DNA from: Dimorphilus gyrociliatus
Taxonomy: Eukaryota; Animalia; Annelida
Direction of reading: 5' to 3'
DNA length: 64,000 nucleotides
NCBI GenBank assembly: GCA_904063045.1
Contig: CAJFCJ010000021.1
Span: 1-64,000, forward strand
The notes beneath the pieces are model-generated. The model ran no database searches and was not told the DNA's origin. It saw only the letters and a list, made by a program, of their open reading frames with translations. Below, piece by piece: positions 11,429 to 24,491 of the stretch; position 1 is the stretch's first letter; every line of letters begins with the position of its first letter. A program made the translations under genes and the position numbers.

Positions 11429-14323
11429 AAAGAGAGAAAAGAGAGAAATCTACTATTTAAACCACTTTTAACCCTCATACTGCTGTTATAAATCACAAAC
11501 ACTTTTTTTGTGCGATTAAATGCATAAGATTATTTCATTATAGTTTCTCCCTTTTTGATAAGATAACGTATTAACTGTTGATTCAGAGTTAATCTTGTAT
11601 ATAGTATATCTAATTATGTTCGTTAGATAAACGAAGATGTTAAAAAAAGATTTACTCGGCAAACTATACTTCTTCGCTTAGTAAATGTATACCATATATA
11701 CATTTCTTCATCTTAATTACACAACTAGGCCTTCCTTAAAAGAAAATACAACATATTCCGTAAATTATATTTATTGAAAGGAAAAGAAACGCATCAAGTG
11801 CGGCTTTCAATATAAAAAAAAAGATACATAAAAAAGGAATCAAGATGTAGCTCTCTCTCCCTTTTTGTACCCTTGATAGTTGACTTTTTAATTCGTTTCT
11901 CTTTGTTCCCTGGATGGACCCAACTTGTTGACATGTACTTTATAGCAATTTTTTCCCTTTATTGATTATACCTTCTTTTTTACATTTACTTTGTAATTTT
12001 CTGCTATACTTTGTGAATGAAAGGAATCCAATATGGTTTAAATTTAGCTAGATATAAATGTTATCTAATATTTTATGTGACATATTATGTATACCGTATG
12101 TAAATATACTATAAGTGAACTTTCTTGCTCTCTTTAAATAGAGGACAAAATTAAATAGGGCACCTGGTTCCAATACGAAATAAATCGATGAAAGTACTGA
12201 ACTGTATATAAATATAAAATGGTAGTATATTTATATACCAATGTATAGGCCAAAATAAGGCAATGATCTCTCGATTAGCGTAACAAAAAAGCCAACATGA
12301 TTTGTCTATTTTAGAAAAAAGAAGTCATATCCCAATAGATATTATAATAAGCTAAATAGCAAAATAATAGCTTTATAGAAGCAGTATTGGTATTTGCTAT
12401 ATTCATTTTATTTTCTTTTTATATTAAATAATTGAAAATCCGTAAAAAATATATATTTAGAAAAGAGGAGAGTTTCAAAAGTTCATTGACCGAAATACGG
12501 GTATATTCTAAACATATGCTGGATAGCCTTACTATATATTAATACAAGCTGTAGTTAGCGATATAGGTCATCAGACACATTAATTGTAGCAATATACTGT
12601 CCCTTTTAGGTTTTTAGTTTAATGACCTATAGTATAGTGTTCTAAAGATAATATATTTTATTAGAAATAACAGAATATATTGTAAGGGCTGATGTTCTAT
12701 TCGATGACAAGAACTGATATGAAAAGAGAGAAATTATAATATCTTTTGTCCAATTTGATACTAATTAACATATTAGATCTATAAATTTCCTTGTATATTA
12801 TTTCTTCTTTATCCTCCCCTTTCTCTCTCACACACTCACACACTCACACACGTTCTACCTAGTTAGCATTTCGTAGAATGAAATGCATTTTTCCCATTGA
12901 AATAAATGAAATTATTAATTAAATTTCTCATTTAAAGAGAATGTAAAAAAACTTTCAAGTGTTAACATATTAAAAATCTTGGTGTTTTAACAGATGTTTC
13001 TGTAACATTTATTGAATTATTAATTTTTCTTTCTTATTATTTATTAGGTTTTGTCAACACATAGAAATTCTGGAGAATTGACAAGATGCCAAGTATACTA
13101 ATGTATTTTAGGCTAGTTTCCATAGTTTTTATCTTGATAACTAAAGCTAAGATAATTGCAAAATATATTAAAAGCTATTCATTTATGCTATATATACTAT
13201 ATATTGCATACAATGCCGATAAGGAATAAAATTTCAAGAAATCAGGTCTATATTAAAGTGTACATATGCTTATCACATAATCACTTAATTTAAAGATCTT
13301 CTTATCTATCTCTTTCTCTTACTAATTAATAAACAATCTCTGCAAAGTGAAATTTAATTCTATTAGTTTATAAAAGCAACTATTAGAATATCAATAAATG
13401 TATAGCACACTAAACCTAGAAATATTTGCCTGTAATAGTAAGGTGATTCATATACTCTACTTTCTTGCCATTCATTCTCTCTCCCCATTTCCCCCCCTCC
13501 TCGTTCTCTATTTTTCTCTTAATCTTTTCATGCCCTCTCTCTTTGTACCTAACGAATCATCAAAAGATCACGTGATCAAACGGTAGAAGAATTTTTGGAA
13601 TGTTTTTATTTGTAGAAGAATCCAACAAAGAATTGTTTTTTTTTAAAGTTATTATTATCTTTGTCTTTCCTGTTTCATGGCTTGTATTAAGAAAAAATGG
13701 CCTTGAACAAGTTTATTTCCTTAAGTTGTGTTGTTTTCTCTGTAAGCTTTACCTATTTACTTTAAATAGAAATAGAGAACATCTACATATATCTCGATGA
13801 ATAAGAGTTTTTGTTATTACTCCAAGTTATTTATAGAGCCAATAACAAAACTAAAGTAAAAAACATGTTAATCAAACAAATTATCTTACAATATTTTATC
13901 TAATTTAGGCAAAAAAAGTGTAGTACTTCATCATTCAAAAGATATAAATAAAACCTGATTTATGCCTACCATACGACCATTGGGATTTATCTGGTGATTA
14001 TCACACTTTGAAATAATTTGAAGGCTAATGTACAAACAAACAGAGCTAAGCTAAATATTTTCAAACTCCTTAAGACAAATAAGAAATCCCCCTCTTTCTA
14101 TTCTACACAGTAGGTTATGATTATAAATTTTCTCACCCTCCCTTTATTATTGTAAAGCTCTATACAGTATGTGTAAATAAATATATACAATACTGTAATA
14201 CTGTATATTGATATTATTATCGTCTCTCAATGTAGTTTACCTCATATTTCTACTTTTTTCTCTGATCCAGGGGTTCTTTTTTCAACGAATTCCTTAAGCA
14301 TAATTAGTCATATTTTTTCAAAT

Positions 14324-14486
14324 TATATATATATATATATATATATACAGTATATATATTTTAATTGTTTGATGAAGATAAATAAGGCATATTTTTCAGA
14401 TAATGCGTGTTTAGTTTATTTGTACTCAGCAACAAGTTAAATCACATATAACATGTACGGTAAATAGTCATATATGTGGATATTTA

Positions 14487-14527
<41 letters not shown>

Positions 14528-14740
14528 TAGATATTATAAATACATACAATACATATACGAATACAGATACATATACATGTATATATACATATATATATAC
14601 ATTCTTATATATATGAGCATAAACTTTTACAAGTTATTATACTATGTATATTTACTTAGATCTATATATGTATCTATATATGTATATTAACATGAAGGTA
14701 TATTTAGATATTGTATACAGCATACGTGTATATAAATGTA
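14324..14740. repeat. TA-rich low-complexity region with (TA)n runs at 14324-14358 and 14491-14526
   Basis: Perfect and degenerate TA/TAC repeats; source of spurious YIYI ORFs. Confidence 0.9.
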
Positions 14741-16159
14741 TATATGCAGTTCATTTTTTTACAACACGACTCTTCAAAAGTTTTGCATGCTCATCCTCAC
14801 AAGGAACACTAACAATCGGAAGCGAGACGTTGTATCGATATGAAAGAACGCGGTTATCTCGCGCGGAGACGATCGTCTATCTTCAGCCTTATATATCATC
14901 ACACTAGTAACCTTTCACCATTTTCTCTGCAGAACTTAGTAAAAGGGTGATAAATAAACGAACGTTTCCCACCTTCAGAGTTTATGTTCAACAACGTCTT
15001 CCAAACAAAACATTTGAAAAAAGAGGGGAAAAAAAGCTTCAAAAGAGTGATAATGGTTAATGGAAATGAGGATGGGAAGAGTTGCAAATAAAGGGGAAAA
15101 AAATTTATCATTTTTTAAAAGAAACCAAATTAATATTAATTCAACGAATGTATAAATCAAAAGCTCGCAAAAAAATTATCACAGGCGAAGTCTAGGCCTA
15201 TTTATGTGGAAATAAACGCTGAACAGCCAAATTTGATGAAGAAGCAACATTAATAACACGTTTTTTTTAACATTTTTTTGTTTTGAATTCACTCACGCAC
15301 AGTTAATGATGTTCCACCTCTAACATTCTGTACAATTGGAATTCAAGTGACAGTGCTGTCGGACCGCCACGACTATTGGATGGCAGCGTTTGGATAAATA
15401 AATGGGTAAGATATAATAAAACACCAATATTCTTCTATGTACAGACTTTAAATGCCTGTCTGGTGCGAAATTTAGCTTTCGCCAACATTACATATGGATA
15501 TATATACAAGTATACATATAATTCTATACAGTACATATACATATATGATATATATATATATTTTATATATATATATATGTATACTTATATACATAAATAT
15601 ATATAATGCATATATATAAAATATGTATATAACATATAGATATAGAAATAAAGGTATAATTGGGATAAGGGGTGCACTTATTGTCTTCTCTTTTTTTCTC
15701 ATCCACTCACATTCATACTTACGTACCAACCTTCTGGTACGCTTCTGCAGTACTTCATCTCAACGATTACAATCAACCAACAAAATACGACTCTGCAGCG
15801 TATAGGCCTATACAAAATCTTTCTTCTGCAAAGAGCTAGCTTAGAGAAAGAGAATAAAAAAATACTTTCGTTATTTTCTTTTAAAAAAAAAATAAACTGC
15901 TACGATCTACTCCTGTACACAGTATGGCACTGGTTCACGTGTGAGTTTTCATTTAGGGCTAATGTGACGATATTAAATAAGTTTGTCTCTCTAACTGCTA
16001 TACATATAAGAAAGAGAACATAAACATATAAAAAAAAAGAAAACAAACAAAATATCAAGATGAATAAAATTGAAATCACCACAACAATTATTTACAAAAG
16101 AAAAATTTCCTTCTCTTAATGTTTTCTTCTTTTACTGTTTTATAGAAGTATTGTCTTTT

Positions 16160-19100
16160 TTAGTCTAGGCCAAGGCTGCCTTCCGACTTATGCACTTTGG
16201 ATATAATAGAGTTAACGAAATCTGATGTATTGCCAGCAATTTTAGAACCTATTTAATTTTAAATAAAGATAGAAGCATAAAAACTGTTTGGCAATCTTAT
16301 TTTAAATCTACTTACGTAAATGCAATCTCATTAACGAATCCAATTTTTCCGTTAAATTAATTTTGTCTTTACTTGCCTTCTCACTTTTTTGCAGTTTCTG
16401 TATGATCTCGTACTTTATACCATTTAAGACTCTCATCAACTGCTTATGCTCTGCATTTAAGCCGTATAATTTCACTTTGTTTGCTTCATGTTGAGCTTTC
16501 TTCTTTAAACGGCAAGCCCTGGTAAATATTGGATTAGAGCATAATTAATATCCTTTTCTTTCTTTTGTTAATATTTATTACCTGGACGCCAACTTATTCT
16601 TCATCTTCCTATTTTTAGTACGAACATTTGCTGGAAGGTCAGCAATAGGTGCCATGTCTGAAATTTTCCTATTTAACCTTCTCAGTTCTAGACCGATGGC
16701 GCATAGTTTTTTAGGATTAGGTGTGACGTCATTCCCGTCTCCTCTCCTAATCTTCCCCTGATGCTTTAGTTTGCTGTTTTGAGTTGAGGGATCAAAAACA
16801 GGATCTTCAAACTCTTGCACTAGATGTGGATCGTTTTCCTCCACCAACTTACAGAGGCGTTTACCCTTGGGTCCCTTGGATTGAGTGTTGTACTGCCAAA
16901 AGTACTTTTTTCTCTTACCAGGTTTACAATCCTCTATCAGTTCGTCTAATGACGCAGTATCCGAAAAGTTTATATCATCCTCATCCTCGTCGTTATCGGT
17001 ATCGATAGCGCTGCTAAACCCTTCATCGTCTGTCATAAAACAAGATTAAGAGATAATCTTCAATCCAAGTCATGATATATTGTTATTTATGCTAACCTGG
17101 AATTTCCTGTTTAATATTTACTGGTGGTTGATCCAATAAAACAGGAGGCGGTGAGGCCTCCGCTTGCGGTACTTGAACCGGTGGAGGCAAATTATTATCG
17201 GGTAGTGAAGCTTGCAAAAGTTGCATTAGAGACGATTGTGGTTCACTGGAAGAATTCTCTGGTGAAGAATTTGTCTTTTGAGAATCATCCATTTTACTTA
17301 TTATACTGTCGAACTCTTCCAGGTAGTTCGTACCATCCCTTTGATCGGCCGCCAACACTTCATCCACTTGCAATAACTCATTCAAACTCGGAGAAACGTC
17401 AATTAAATCTGAGTCAACTGTATCTATTCGACAATCGAAGTCGAAAACAGCATCGGGACTCGCAACGTTTTTACTGTCCGATTCAAAAAAGTTTGCCGTG
17501 GGTGAATCGCAATAATCTCCCGGCATATTAGATTGCTGAGTGGTTGTTGGCTATAATCAAAATAAATAAAAAAAATTACAATTAACTAGACTATCTTATG
17601 AAAAGAGATATTTGACAGTTCTAGAAGAATTTAAGAACACGATTGCAATTGATTACTTGATAGTCTATAATCAATTTAAAGCAGATATTGTTATATATCA
17701 TAATAGTCTCTGACTATTAGTAAAATAGGAGTAATCTCCATTTTCATATTTTAATACTACAAACGATTCTTTTGAAACTATTCGAAAGAGAATATTGAAT
17801 TTGGAAAATATGTTCATAAGGGGATTAATACAAGTATGGTGTAAACAAAGAGTAAATAAATACTGCATGACGAAAAACAAACGAACAGTTCAATGACATC
17901 GATTCATCATAGGCCTGAAATGGCAATGACCTTTCGGATAAAAACAGCTGACGTCATACAGAAACGCCCGGCCGTCGACCCTAGACTCGACTGTGGCTAG
18001 AAGATTAATTTAAGGGTTTTACTACAAAACTACAAGGCTTTCTTGATATATTTATTGTTTTAAAAAAAAATGCTCGTAAGCTTTCTGTGTTATTATGAAA
18101 ACATCACGTGACCATCGCGTACGTAATACTGTTTATATAAATCTTATATACATATGTACAGTATACTTATTTCTAGAATATTTTGTCACGATATTTTTTT
18201 TACTAAGTAAAAGTCTTATTCATTTTAATGGCTTTTTTTTATACTATCTGCGACAAATATATTCTGGGAAGAAGAAAAAACTAAATATTGTAAAGAAATG
18301 AAACGTTCTTTTATTTTCGTTCTCAAAAGAGTATTTTTTTTTAAAGTTGATTCATTTACTTTTTCTCTCAAATAAAAAAGATCGATATTTTTTTTCTAGG
18401 CCTTGGCCGTTTTTTTATCTTTAATTACAGTAGCTAGATTTTTAAGGTTTGCTTTCTTATGTTACGAAATCAGAATTTAGATAGTTCTATATCTTGGCCT
18501 TTCATTATATTGCAAATGTTATTTATCCAAGCTCGTCCCGTAACGAGGTCTTGTAAGCTCTGTGTTAACTATAAAAAAATACTAATCTATTTTAATCAAT
18601 AAGACAATAGGCCTTCTTATCTCTACGTTTTGCTAAGTGAACTCCCTACACTGTTTACATTTCGTAGGCTGACTAATTTTTTTTTTAATAAACATAAAAA
18701 AAAATTTCACCTTTCCATAGAAATGTGGTCTTCCTACAAGGATTTGTTCGATTTGAGAACATTGCATATTCGTTTCGCAATAAAACGACGGACTTGAATA
18801 AGGCACAAAGGATTGATGAATCGCACTCATCTTGATTTAGTAATTTCATGTCACGCCAGCTATCATAGTCTTTCTTGAAAAATCTTCCGCTTTCAGATTA
18901 ATATCCACCTATCCTAATTATTCTTCAACGATTGTTTTTCAGTTTATTGTTTCAACAATTATCGTATTTTGAATAAAAGTATAAAAAAAACAAATGACCA
19001 ACGTTACAATTTCTGATCAATCAACCACTCTCAGTCAAATTCTACTGCCTACTGATCAGCAAAACCACAGTCGATAAAAGTCTACAACGCGGTCGGCGAC

Positions 19101-19350
19101 CCGCCAATAAAATATACCACGTGATCTAATCACATGACTATTTTCCCGCGTTGGAATTGTGCCAAACGCAATGCAAGATTCTGTAAACAAGCATATAATT
19201 GTGACGTCATTGTTTTTACTCAGAACTATATGAATGCTAATTTATTCATATGAAAAAAACACAAAACAGCGCAACGCTAAACAAAACAGAGAAACTTACC
19301 GGCCGATCATTCTTTAATCTAGCACTTTTCAGAAGAGCATCTTTCGTCAT
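16160..19350 (-). CDS. CREBRF: CREB3 regulatory factor / REPTOR-like bZIP transcription factor. Coding exons 19350-19300 (inferred), 17550-17097, 17029-16582, 16520-16316, 16248-16160; alternative start at ATG 17526
   Basis: Family motifs [35 protein letters not shown], bZIP basic region KNKLASR|[20 protein letters not shown] and C-terminal [10 protein letters not shown]. All junctions are canonical and phase-consistent. Confidence 0.92.
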
Positions 19351-19968
19351 TACTCTTTTACATTTGGAACGGCGTACTGAAAGTATTTTTGAGAATATGT
19401 TTATAATAGGAAAACAAAATTTGTTTACATCCTAAATTTAGCGTCAATGTGCAACTTAAAGATTACAATATAGCAAAGGATTCTTGTCATGAAATCCTGT
19501 GAACAGTTAGTTCACTTTGCATCGAAAAAGATTGCATTAGAAATGAATGTAGGACTAGGACATCTGAGGTCAAGCACCGAAGAATCAACAAAGAACTGTA
19601 GAACCTATCGATTATAATCCGCATACATTTGGCAATGTCGGAAAATTTAATTCATTATAACTTTAAATCTTAATTTTCTGATGGAAGGTATAAAGAAATA
19701 TTCAGAGATTACGTTAAGAAACAATATATTGCAAGGAGTTAGTGCGGCAGTGTGGCTGGAATAAAATCCTCAATATCTCCCTTAGAAATTATATTATACT
19801 TACTGAATTAACATTAACTTATAGAGAAAGATTCAGTTAATGAGCTTGTTGTAAAATCAGTAGATGACAATTGCCGATTTTCGTGAATTTTGTATTTTTC
19901 TTTAAAACGGTTGTTGGCCTGTTTACACCACAGCTGGAAACAGGTCACATGACGAATGACGTCATTCG
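17949..19968. promoter_or_regulatory. Cluster of full CRE (TGACGTCA) and E-box/CLEAR-like motifs in the CREBRF 5' region
   Basis: TGACGTCA at 17949, 19202, 19957; TCACGTGAC 18104; CACGTGA 19118; TCACATGAC 19130; GTCACATGAC 19944; CCAAT 19104. Confidence 0.6.
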
Positions 19969-20451
19969 AATAAATTAACAAATCTGCTGGTTGGAAGAGT
20001 GTATGTGTAGACATCTGGTGTATAGATATCGAAGTAATTTATAAAAAGACAAATCGATAGCAATTTAGTACAAAATAATAAATATTGGAATGGTTAAAAA
20101 AAACATAACAAATATGTTTTCGTCAACAACAACAGCTGCTAAAGCAAAATATGATGGCAACAAAGTTATATATATTAATTTGAAAAATTAGAGACCCGCT
20201 TTCTATGGATACTGTTTTATTTTTTGGGATTACATTCTGTTTTATTGTCTAGGAATTCTTCCTTTTATCGCGTATAGTTTAGAGTTTGAAAATGAATTCT
20301 AGTAAAACAATGCCTTCAAGAAGATAATTTCAAGGAAAAAAGTAAAGTGATTAAATAATTTTTATGAGTTTCTAGATTGAGGAATGAGAAAATTATTTGA
20401 CCTGATTAAGTCGTAAATCATCGTAAAATTTTTATCATATAACAAGCCGCC

Positions 20452-23234
20452 ATGGCTAACAAATATCAGGTAGATGGACTAGAATGCCAATTATGGATTG
20501 AAAAGTTCAAAAAAGAATTAGATAATGAAAACTATTTGGAATGTACCAAAATTGTTCAAGTTATGAATCGAGAAAGTCTGCGATCAGTGTGTAAAGACGT
20601 AGAATTGCTGTTGAAGAAATTTTCAAATACTCATTGTATCGTTGAAGCAATATTTCTTCGTTTCGATGAAGTTCAGGAAATATTAAATGTGGATATGGTA
20701 GTTATTGGTATAATTCAATGGCATATGCAAGCTTGTATAAATACGAGAAATCTTAAGAAAACAAATCAAATGGAGGAGCTTGTCAAATCTTGTGAACAAC
20801 TTTTGAAAACGATGCCTTATCAATTACGACATAGAATTTACCATTACTGTCGAGATAAGTTGAGAGAGATAACATTTGTACTGGATGAATTGGCGAAAAT
20901 CGTCAAATTAAACAATACATTTTGTAAGAATAACTTTCGAGATGATTTGTGCGAAATAGCAAAAGTTTGCAAGGCCCATGTAGCAAAAATCGACAAGACG
21001 AAAGAATCTCTAAGAAATCATAAAAATTCTCAAAATGGTTTCTCGTACGATGAATTAGAGCAGAGGCTCTTTGATGAATCAATTCTCTTACATTCACTTG
21101 GAGAGTTAGACGAATTTCAAAAAATCCATTTGTACTTTGAAAATTCTAAAAAGACAGTTTCACTCTTAAAAAAAGTACTATTATCTTTCAATAATCTTAA
21201 AAAAGACTTTCTCTTTAGCAAGTACGTTTTAGATGGATTGGAAATGCAAGTAATTTTGAACCATCTGTCAAATAGCTTAACGTCTGTAATGGAATGGATC
21301 GGTATAAAATACGATGCATTTCAAGAACAAAGACAAGCCGTTGACGAAATAGCCCAAAGTAAGTATACAATAAAAGAGTAAAATAAACAAAACAAAGTAA
21401 AAAAGAACTAGGCCTAGTTCGAAATGTTATCAGTGTTTAGGGAACCAGCTTATCCCGTCCTGTATGACTCATTTTTAGTTAAAACGGTTGTGCATTGTAT
21501 GTGCGTGTACCAAATACCTGTATTATGAGATTTTTCTCGTTTTCCTGTAAGTTTTCATCAATTTTATCAATTTAGATCATATTTTTGTTCGGGTAACTTG
21601 ATAAATTGCAACACATAGTAGCCATAGCGGAACCGGCAATTCCTACATTGCGTGTGCTAAATTTATCAGCCTATAGCATTTCAGGGGTAGTTTGTTGTAC
21701 GGTCTTCTTGTTAGTCGCAGGAGCAGTGAGGAGTAGTCAGAACAAGATTTTTTGCAAGATATGCTTTTCATGAAACTATTAAAACGGCAAAAGAGCAGCG
21801 AAACACGTGTGATTCGTAATGATCTTCGGCTTGGTGTTTATATAATAAATTTTTTTTCAATAAATAAGAATTTATTCATTGTTTGCTCTTAACAGCTTCT
21901 CCCCGCGAAGAGAATGATGGACGGAAGAGAGTAGTTTCCGAATGTCAGTCTTTTTCTTATATTTTTATCCTTATTTTATATGATTTATTGATTATTGATT
22001 ATTATTAGTCTATCATATAATGTACCAATTTTTTTCATCCTCTGTATTTTATAAAACTCACAGTTGGAAATCCCAGACCTACAACTGTTTCAGTAAGCGA
22101 GAGAGAGGAGTTGGAAAGATTACGTTACGAAATTCAAAATCTTAGAAAAGAAGTCTCAGAACAAAAACGGGTTATCACGGAATTAACGAAAAGAGAAAAT
22201 GACTTGAAAATTCGGTAAATTAATTGATTTTTTACTTTAAATTAACTAAGATGATTGATTTATATATTTAATACAAATATGCTATTTTACCCATAAATTA
22301 TACACAATATACATTATTTATGAGTATTAATATATATGTTACTTATTTATTCTTCATGTCCCTATAGATTGCGAGATCAAGCCAGCCGGAACGTAAAATT
22401 TGGTGGAAATTCTAAATTTGAAGATATTTCTCTTATGGAATATAGACCTTCACGCTTAGTTGAACGTTATGAAAATCTATTTTCAACTGTAAGATTTGAG
22501 ACAATGGAAAGTCTAAAAAAGATAAGGGAATTAGAAAACTTATCAGAGTTAAGAAACAAAATATTATTATCAGTATTAGTGGTAAGTGTCTTATATTATC
22601 GAGTAGTAGTGATACATTTTGAAGATTATATAGAGGGCGTTGCATATTCTTTAAATTTTACTTATTTTTGTTGATTACGAACAGCTAGCCCAGAGGAGCG
22701 CAGAAGATTCTTTACAAGACTTGCAGAACAAATGGAGAAGTTTATTATACATGAAAGATAAACAAGGCCAAAGTATTGAAGCTGCTTCGTTAGACGACGC
22801 TATATCTCATTACCTCAGACGAACTATCCCTCAGTACGATAATTCTCAAAATATCCAAGTAAATCCTTTTCAAATCCTACTTAAAAATTATATTAACAAT
22901 ATTTTTAATTCTTTTCTTTTGTTTTGTCTTCAACTAAAACCAAAAACAGCAAGTACACAATCAAATATGCCAGGCTCTACATGAATTTCCTGGTTTGCAC
23001 TCATCACAGGCGTTGGTTGGTTATGTTGCGGAATGCGTTCAGCTTTGTTGGGCGTTCGTTCTACAAAAACCAAGATTTATCCTCAAACATGAAGTGGATA
23101 CCTTAAATCCACGACTATTGAGGCGTTACCACAGCTCAGATGAAAATAGCAATTCCATCAAAAGTTTAATCTGGCCATCTTTGACAGAAGGGGTGGATGG
23201 ACCGTGCTTATTCAAAGGATACGTTATAACTTAG
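20452..23234 (+). CDS. Mitochondria-eating protein (MIEAP/SPATA18) domain-containing protein. Exons 20452-21358, 21896-21943, ~22064-22214, ~22369-22581, ~22685-22858, ~22946-23234
   Basis: Coiled coil (ELERLRYEIQNLRKEV), then YRPSRLVERYENLFSTVRFETMESL...KILLSVLV and C-terminal ECVQLCWAF...RRYHSSD...IWPSLTEG..GPCLFKGYVIT*, typical of MIEAP-domain proteins. Junction phases are consistent. Confidence 0.8.
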
Positions 23235-23387
23235 TAGTTCGATTATTTTCAAAAATCAATATTTTTCTATGAGAATTTACAACAATTAAACAAGTGAAAA
23301 TACAATTTTTTTTATAACATACGTATAATATACAAATCAGAAGCTTAGCGATTTATATTGTTTACACAATAAATAAATTCAAGCATA

Positions 23388-24230
23388 TCAAAACCTAGGT
23401 TTTCTCTTTCGTCCTGTATACTTTGAATCAGGTCTAACTTCTTTACCTTGCCGACGTCTTCTCTCTTTCTTCGCAATTATCCAATCCTTACTTTTCTTCA
23501 ATACCTTCTGGTTACGTAGCTTTTTAGTTCTTTCTCTTCCTGCTACAAATGCTGCAGATGCTTCAGAACTTTCTTCAGTTCCAAGTCCTTTTGGTAATTC
23601 TTGTTGAGCACCTCCAGCAAATAAACAGAGGAACATTTTTTTCGCTTTAGAAGAATTTGGATAATCAACGACTAAACCACCGGTAAAACCTGCTTTCATT
23701 GCTTGAGTGGTAACTAGTTGAATTTGCTCGCTGTTTTCTGGATAAAATTGCATGGCAACTCGACCACCTCTTCTTAAACATGCATATAAGGTAGAGAAAA
23801 ATTTCAGTAATCGCCTAGCTGGATTATGATGGCTTTTATCAGCATTACAGAGCCACTGTATTGCGGATATACTAATCACACCGTCAAAAGAAGCTGGTTT
23901 AAAAGGCAAGCCTTGTCCAATGTCATTCAAAATTAAATCTCCTTCGACTTCCCTTTCACCAGCAACATCAAGCATGCTCTTGCTTATATCAACACCAACC
24001 CAAAAATGGCCATTTTCACTCAAGCATTCCCCACTTAAACCAGATCCGCATCCAACGTCTAAAATATAGCATGGATCATCTTCAGGCAGTCTCAATAATT
24101 CCATAGCCCTATAGGAGAGCTGTTCCTGAATTTCCATAATACGTGTATTTTTCGTATACTTTCGCGCTTCGTCATCATTATAGAACACCTCAGGTGGAGC
24201 CTGATGCTCAGGACGTCTTCCAGAAGACAT
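23388..24230 (-). CDS. BUD23: 18S rRNA m7G methyltransferase BUD23/WBSCR22, single exon
   Basis: 280-aa ORF: RPEHQAPPEVFY, SAM motif ILDVGCGSGLSG, ISISAIQWLCNADK, C-terminal KYTGRKRKPRF. Confidence 0.97.
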   Translation of the reverse strand: MSSGRRPEHQAPPEVFYNDDEARKYTKNTRIMEIQEQLSYRAMELLRLPEDDPCYILDVGCGSGLSGECLSENGHFWVGVDISKSMLDVAGEREVEGDLILNDIGQGLPFKPASFDGVISISAIQWLCNADKSHHNPARRLLKFFSTLYACLRRGGRVAMQFYPENSEQIQLVTTQAMKAGFTGGLVVDYPNSSKAKKMFLCLFAGGAQQELPKGLGTEESSEASAAFVAGRERTKKLRNQKVLKKSKDWIIAKKERRRRQGKEVRPDSKYTGRKRKPRF

Positions 24231-24491
24231 AATGTTTCTAAAAAAAATATTCTTTGAACCACAAGTCTTATTTTAAAACAATATTAATAAACGAATTTTC
24301 CTCACGTTATTCGTTGTAGCAGACGACATTAACTGCTTAGCTATTATGGTGAAGAAAGGATTATATTTTTCGTAAACTTGTAATTATTTCAAAAAAAATC
24401 TATTAAAATAATTTATTTTGTTTTATTTCCTATTCGAATTTTATAATCTGATGGTTTTTTAAAACATTTTCCGAAACTCTATAGCTTCTAC

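Noticed and set aside
14850-14960. Short ORF MKERGYLARRRSSIF resembling part of an IQ motif
   Set aside because: Lacks the IQ half of the motif, has an in-frame stop shortly upstream, and has no splice support.
17124-17531. 135-aa + strand ORF
   Set aside because: Antisense shadow of the CREBRF exon. Likewise rejected: 16784, 26338, 26442, 35615, 38727, 39765, 44420, 46831, 48501, 56653, 57036, 58131, 61811 and 62100.
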